Shown: positions 61,024 to 64,000 of the stretch, one piece after another
Position numbering within the stretch: the first letter of the stretch is position 1
How the letters are laid out: every line of letters begins with the position of its first letter
NCBI GenBank assembly: GCA_029881035.1
Contig: JAOUNI010000001.1
Span: forward strand, 28,924 to 92,923
DNA: 64,000 bases
Reading direction: 5' to 3'
DNA from: Gammaproteobacteria bacterium
GTDB taxonomy: Bacteria; Pseudomonadota; Gammaproteobacteria; SZUA-229
Notes under the pieces: generated by a model
What the model was told of the DNA's origin: nothing
The model's database searches: none
Seen by the model: only the letters and a program-made list of their open reading frames with translations
Position numbers and translations under genes: made by a program

Positions 61024-61961
61024 TAATAAGCTCCCTGTGAACGAGCTATCACCGTTGTCTCACCTTTGTCATCTCGATGAATGATGCTATACATCAAGGT
61101 ATTCGCCTGGCCAATATTGGCTTCGGTTTCCAGCAGAAAATAATCACTGCTAACAGAGAGTCCATTGGTGTTTGTTATAATTGCGGTGAGTGCGTTTATA
61201 GTTAGAAAATCATTCATTTTTTCATAAGGCGCATTCTGCCTGTTAGCAATAATATCTTTGGCTTTTGCATTGTCAATTCCAGCCGCCAGAGATTCTAGCA
61301 CTTCTGCAGGCGCTGTGTTGACGTTGATGGGGGCTGCAGGGCCGAAGGCGCAAAGCCAATTTTTACTTTGCTGGATGATGGCATCCTCTTCAAAACCTTT
61401 GATTAAACGTAGTTCACTAATACTTTTAATCGTCTGATTGGCGGTACGATAGGGTATTTCCTGATTAAGATAATAATTATCTTCAGCACCATCAGGGATG
61501 GTAGTGGTGAGATCTGTGTCAATCCAGTCAATAATTGCTTGTGAAAGGTCTGTGCCTGATGGAGTTGTCAGATGTTGCATCAAGCGCTTGAAGCGTTCCT
61601 GTGCCAGAACGTTCACCGCTCCACCCTGATAAAGGGAGTTCAGATTAAAGCAGGCCTGCAGGTCGGTTAATTTACCTTGTATGCTGCCACCTTCGACTGG
61701 CAGAGGTGGTATCTCTATGGCCCAGTCTTCATCAAGTGAATCGTAATTGTTATTAAGTCGATCATCTTTTAAAATTCTGCGCGACCAGTATTCTGCTTCC
61801 ATCATGTAGGATATGGACTGTTCACTGGCAATAACATTACTGGTGCGGCGTATATCCAGTTGCAAACGCATACTGAGCTCGACGCTGATTACAGTTGCTA
61901 ATGCAACGATCAACAGAGCGGTGATTAAAGCCACGCCTTTTTGTGAAGTTTTCAATAACAT
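61023..61961 (-). CDS. gspK: Type II secretion minor pseudopilin K
   Basis: QKG|VALITALL, DLQACFNLN, IIDWID, INVNTA. Confidence 0.93.
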   Translation of the reverse strand: MLLKTSQKGVALITALLIVALATVISVELSMRLQLDIRRTSNVIASEQSISYMMEAEYWSRRILKDDRLNNNYDSLDEDWAIEIPPLPVEGGSIQGKLTDLQACFNLNSLYQGGAVNVLAQERFKRLMQHLTTPSGTDLSQAIIDWIDTDLTTTIPDGAEDNYYLNQEIPYRTANQTIKSISELRLIKGFEEDAIIQQSKNWLCAFGPAAPINVNTAPAEVLESLAAGIDNAKAKDIIANRQNAPYEKMNDFLTINALTAIITNTNGLSVSSDYFLLETEANIGQANTLMYSIIHRDDKGETTVIARSQGAY

Positions 61962-62590
61962 CAGAGACTCACCTGATAAATTCGGGTGATTTCGCCCCAG
62001 TCTTTTAGTTTTAGCGTTAACTCAATGGCAGTGAGCTCGGCAGTAGTACCGCTGCTACTAAGAGGCGGCCATTCGGAATGCCATTCTTTTTTGTCATCTC
62101 GATAGTGAAATTCAACTTGTTCTATCTGATCAAGAAGATCACTTTCATAAGCCTCCATGCCCTGAGCACGGTCGAGCTGTGGCCAGAACAGGCGGATCAG
62201 TTTTCCATCATCGAGCTGATAGGCGACCCGTAGCAAATTACTGCGTTTTAATTTTGCCGGATTACGCCGTCCACTTCGGGTGAATTCAATAAGATAATCA
62301 AGGTTGCTGCTGGCATCTAAAAAAGGTTGAGTATTGCCGTATTCATCACGGATATCGCGTTTGATAATCTGGCTGAAGTCACGACTAATGGTGGTCACGG
62401 CGCGCTGCACCGACTGTAGTCGTTCGAGTTCAATTTTAGCGTGTTTGCCGTTTTCGATAATTTGACTGAGACCACCATAGGCCATCACTGACATCACTGC
62501 AAATACAGCAATGGCAATCAGTAGCTCAATCAGGGTGAAGCCCTTTTGAGTAAAATTTTCAGTTGTTTGATTATGTTTTATTAACCACAT
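61961..62590 (-). CDS. gspJ: Type II secretion minor pseudopilin J
   Basis: G|FTLIELLIAI, RDF.Q, RS.L.RVAY. Confidence 0.93.
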   Translation of the reverse strand: MWLIKHNQTTENFTQKGFTLIELLIAIAVFAVMSVMAYGGLSQIIENGKHAKIELERLQSVQRAVTTISRDFSQIIKRDIRDEYGNTQPFLDASSNLDYLIEFTRSGRRNPAKLKRSNLLRVAYQLDDGKLIRLFWPQLDRAQGMEAYESDLLDQIEQVEFHYRDDKKEWHSEWPPLSSSGTTAELTAIELTLKLKDWGEITRIYQVSL

Positions 62591-62965
62591 TTATTTGTTT
62601 ACATAACCGGTTAAACGAGTCAGGCTTTGTTCTCTGCTTTTGTCGGAAAATATCTGAATTTCAACTTCACGAGCATTATCATCCATTGTTTCTTTTATTG
62701 TCAGTGACCAGAACCATTCGGTATTAGCCATAGTGGAACTGCCTTTTTTTTCACCGACGGAGGGCCATTCTTTATTTAGCTGCAGCTGTGTCATCTCGTT
62801 CATGGCCACCCAGTGAGCCAGTGTTTTATGTTTGAGGTAACCAGTCTGGTGTGCCTGGTTGCCTGAGGCGCTCATGATGGCGCCCAGAGAGATGGCAATA
62901 ATGGTGAGTGCAATCAGTACTTCTATCAGGGTGAAGCCCCGATTAAAACGGTGTTTAAAAGTCAC
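62591..62965 (-). CDS. gspI: Type II secretion minor pseudopilin I
   Basis: G|FTLIEVLIAL, KTLAHWVAMN. Confidence 0.93.
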   Translation of the reverse strand: MTFKHRFNRGFTLIEVLIALTIIAISLGAIMSASGNQAHQTGYLKHKTLAHWVAMNEMTQLQLNKEWPSVGEKKGSSTMANTEWFWSLTIKETMDDNAREVEIQIFSDKSREQSLTRLTGYVNK

Positions 62966-63533
62966 TCAGTTTGACCTCGTGCTTACCGTCGACGTTGCCG
63001 CTGACTATATAACTGGCTTCTATGCCGCGAAGTGCAAAACGTGCCGAGAATTCTGGGGTGATTTCTTCGCTGGAAAGCAGGAATACCTGAGGTTTGAATT
63101 TTTCCTTTTTACTGTCGGAGTTTTCATCGTTGGTACTGGCGTTTTTTCCAATGATGACATCGAGTTGCTCGATGGCCAGTTCGATTTCCATTTCATCGGG
63201 CAGTTCGCGTTCGCGCAGTAGTTTATCGTCACTGATAGCTTGCCAGCGGTCATCAGTATAGGTAAGAAAGCGATAACTATTTTGTTTGAATTCAAGACCG
63301 TATTCGGCATTTTTCAATATGGCTTCTTCAAGTGCCAGTTGAATTAAGCGGTCAAGCCGATAGGCTTCTTCCTTGATCATATCTTCGGGGGAATGACCGC
63401 GGATAGTGAAGGAGACAAAAGTGATAAGTATCGAGACAATGACAAGAACAATCATTAACTCGAGCAGAGTAAATCCCTGTACCCTGCTCGATTTTAAATT
63501 ATAAAAACGGGGATGGAGTCTTTTATTATTCAA
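62955..63533 (-). CDS. gspH: Type II secretion minor pseudopilin H (start uncertain; TTG at 63533 overlaps the gspG stop)
   Basis: QG|[28 protein letters not shown]. Confidence 0.9.
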   Translation of the reverse strand: MNNKRLHPRFYNLKSSRVQGFTLLELMIVLVIVSILITFVSFTIRGHSPEDMIKEEAYRLDRLIQLALEEAILKNAEYGLEFKQNSYRFLTYTDDRWQAISDDKLLRERELPDEMEIELAIEQLDVIIGKNASTNDENSDSKKEKFKPQVFLLSSEEITPEFSARFALRGIEASYIVSGNVDGKHEVKLSDF

Positions 63534-63966
63534 TGTCCCAGGAACCAATATCGGCAAACACCCCTTCACCGCCAGGTGCGCCGTCGGCACCCAGTGAGTA
63601 AATATCCACTTCACCGTGTTGTCCCGGACTCATATAAAGATAGTCATGGCCCCAGGGGTCTTTGTTCAGCTTTTTGATGTAACCGCCGGCTTTCCAGTTG
63701 GGAGCTTCGCTGGGCTGGCTGACCAGTGCTTCCAGTCCCTGATCGGTAGTCGGATAAACAAAATTATCTAGCCGGTACACATCCAACGCACTTTCCAGTG
63801 CAGTGATATCATGTTTGGCTTTGGCGACGCGTGCTTTGTCTGGATTGTCCATGATTCTGGGCACAACGACGCCGGCAAGAATGCCGAGGATGACGATAAC
63901 CACCATAAGCTCGATCAGGGTAAAGCCCTTTTGGTGTGATTTCATAATATTGATTTCTGATTTCAA
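63526..63966 (-). CDS. gspG: Type II secretion major pseudopilin G
   Basis: G|[42 protein letters not shown]. Confidence 0.97.
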   Translation of the reverse strand: MKSEINIMKSHQKGFTLIELMVVIVILGILAGVVVPRIMDNPDKARVAKAKHDITALESALDVYRLDNFVYPTTDQGLEALVSQPSEAPNWKAGGYIKKLNKDPWGHDYLYMSPGQHGEVDIYSLGADGAPGGEGVFADIGSWDIE

Positions 63967-64000
63967 GTTTGCTGCTCCATATATTTTTTGCTACCGACTG

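Overview
Chromosomal window of a Gammaproteobacterium. The A. vinosum-like TusA and the many heme/redox sensors suggest a marine sulfur oxidiser, which is an inference. The backbone is conserved housekeeping blocks: the end of a type IVa minor-pilin operon (pilX-orf-pilY1-pilE), murJ-ribF-ileS-lspA-fkpB-ispH, rpsT, rplU-rpmA-obgE-proB, ispB-tRNA-Pro-gmk-rpoZ-spoT, ridA-recG-ubiC, rmuC, degQ, moaCDE-mutY-tRNA-Phe, galE, cysQ-yrfG and a type II secretion operon (gspG-N). Two accessory tracts interrupt it. The first is ~12 kb between spoT and ridA, with a CBS gene behind a candidate FNR box, three c-di-GMP enzymes, a solute-binding protein and mobB. The second is ~7 kb after tRNA-Phe, with twin small binding proteins, a thioredoxin-CcdA-like fusion, and a hemerythrin/DUF2249/His-rich membrane protein operon divergent from a triheme cytochrome c. 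Best leads: (1) the hemerythrin-DUF2249-membrane operon with an FNR-family box at -41.5; (2) a tusA-tetR unit with a palindromic operator over the predicted +1; (3) a multi-sensor redox c-di-GMP cluster. I saw no integrase, transposase, prophage or CRISPR array. All calls come from reading the sequence; no searches were run.
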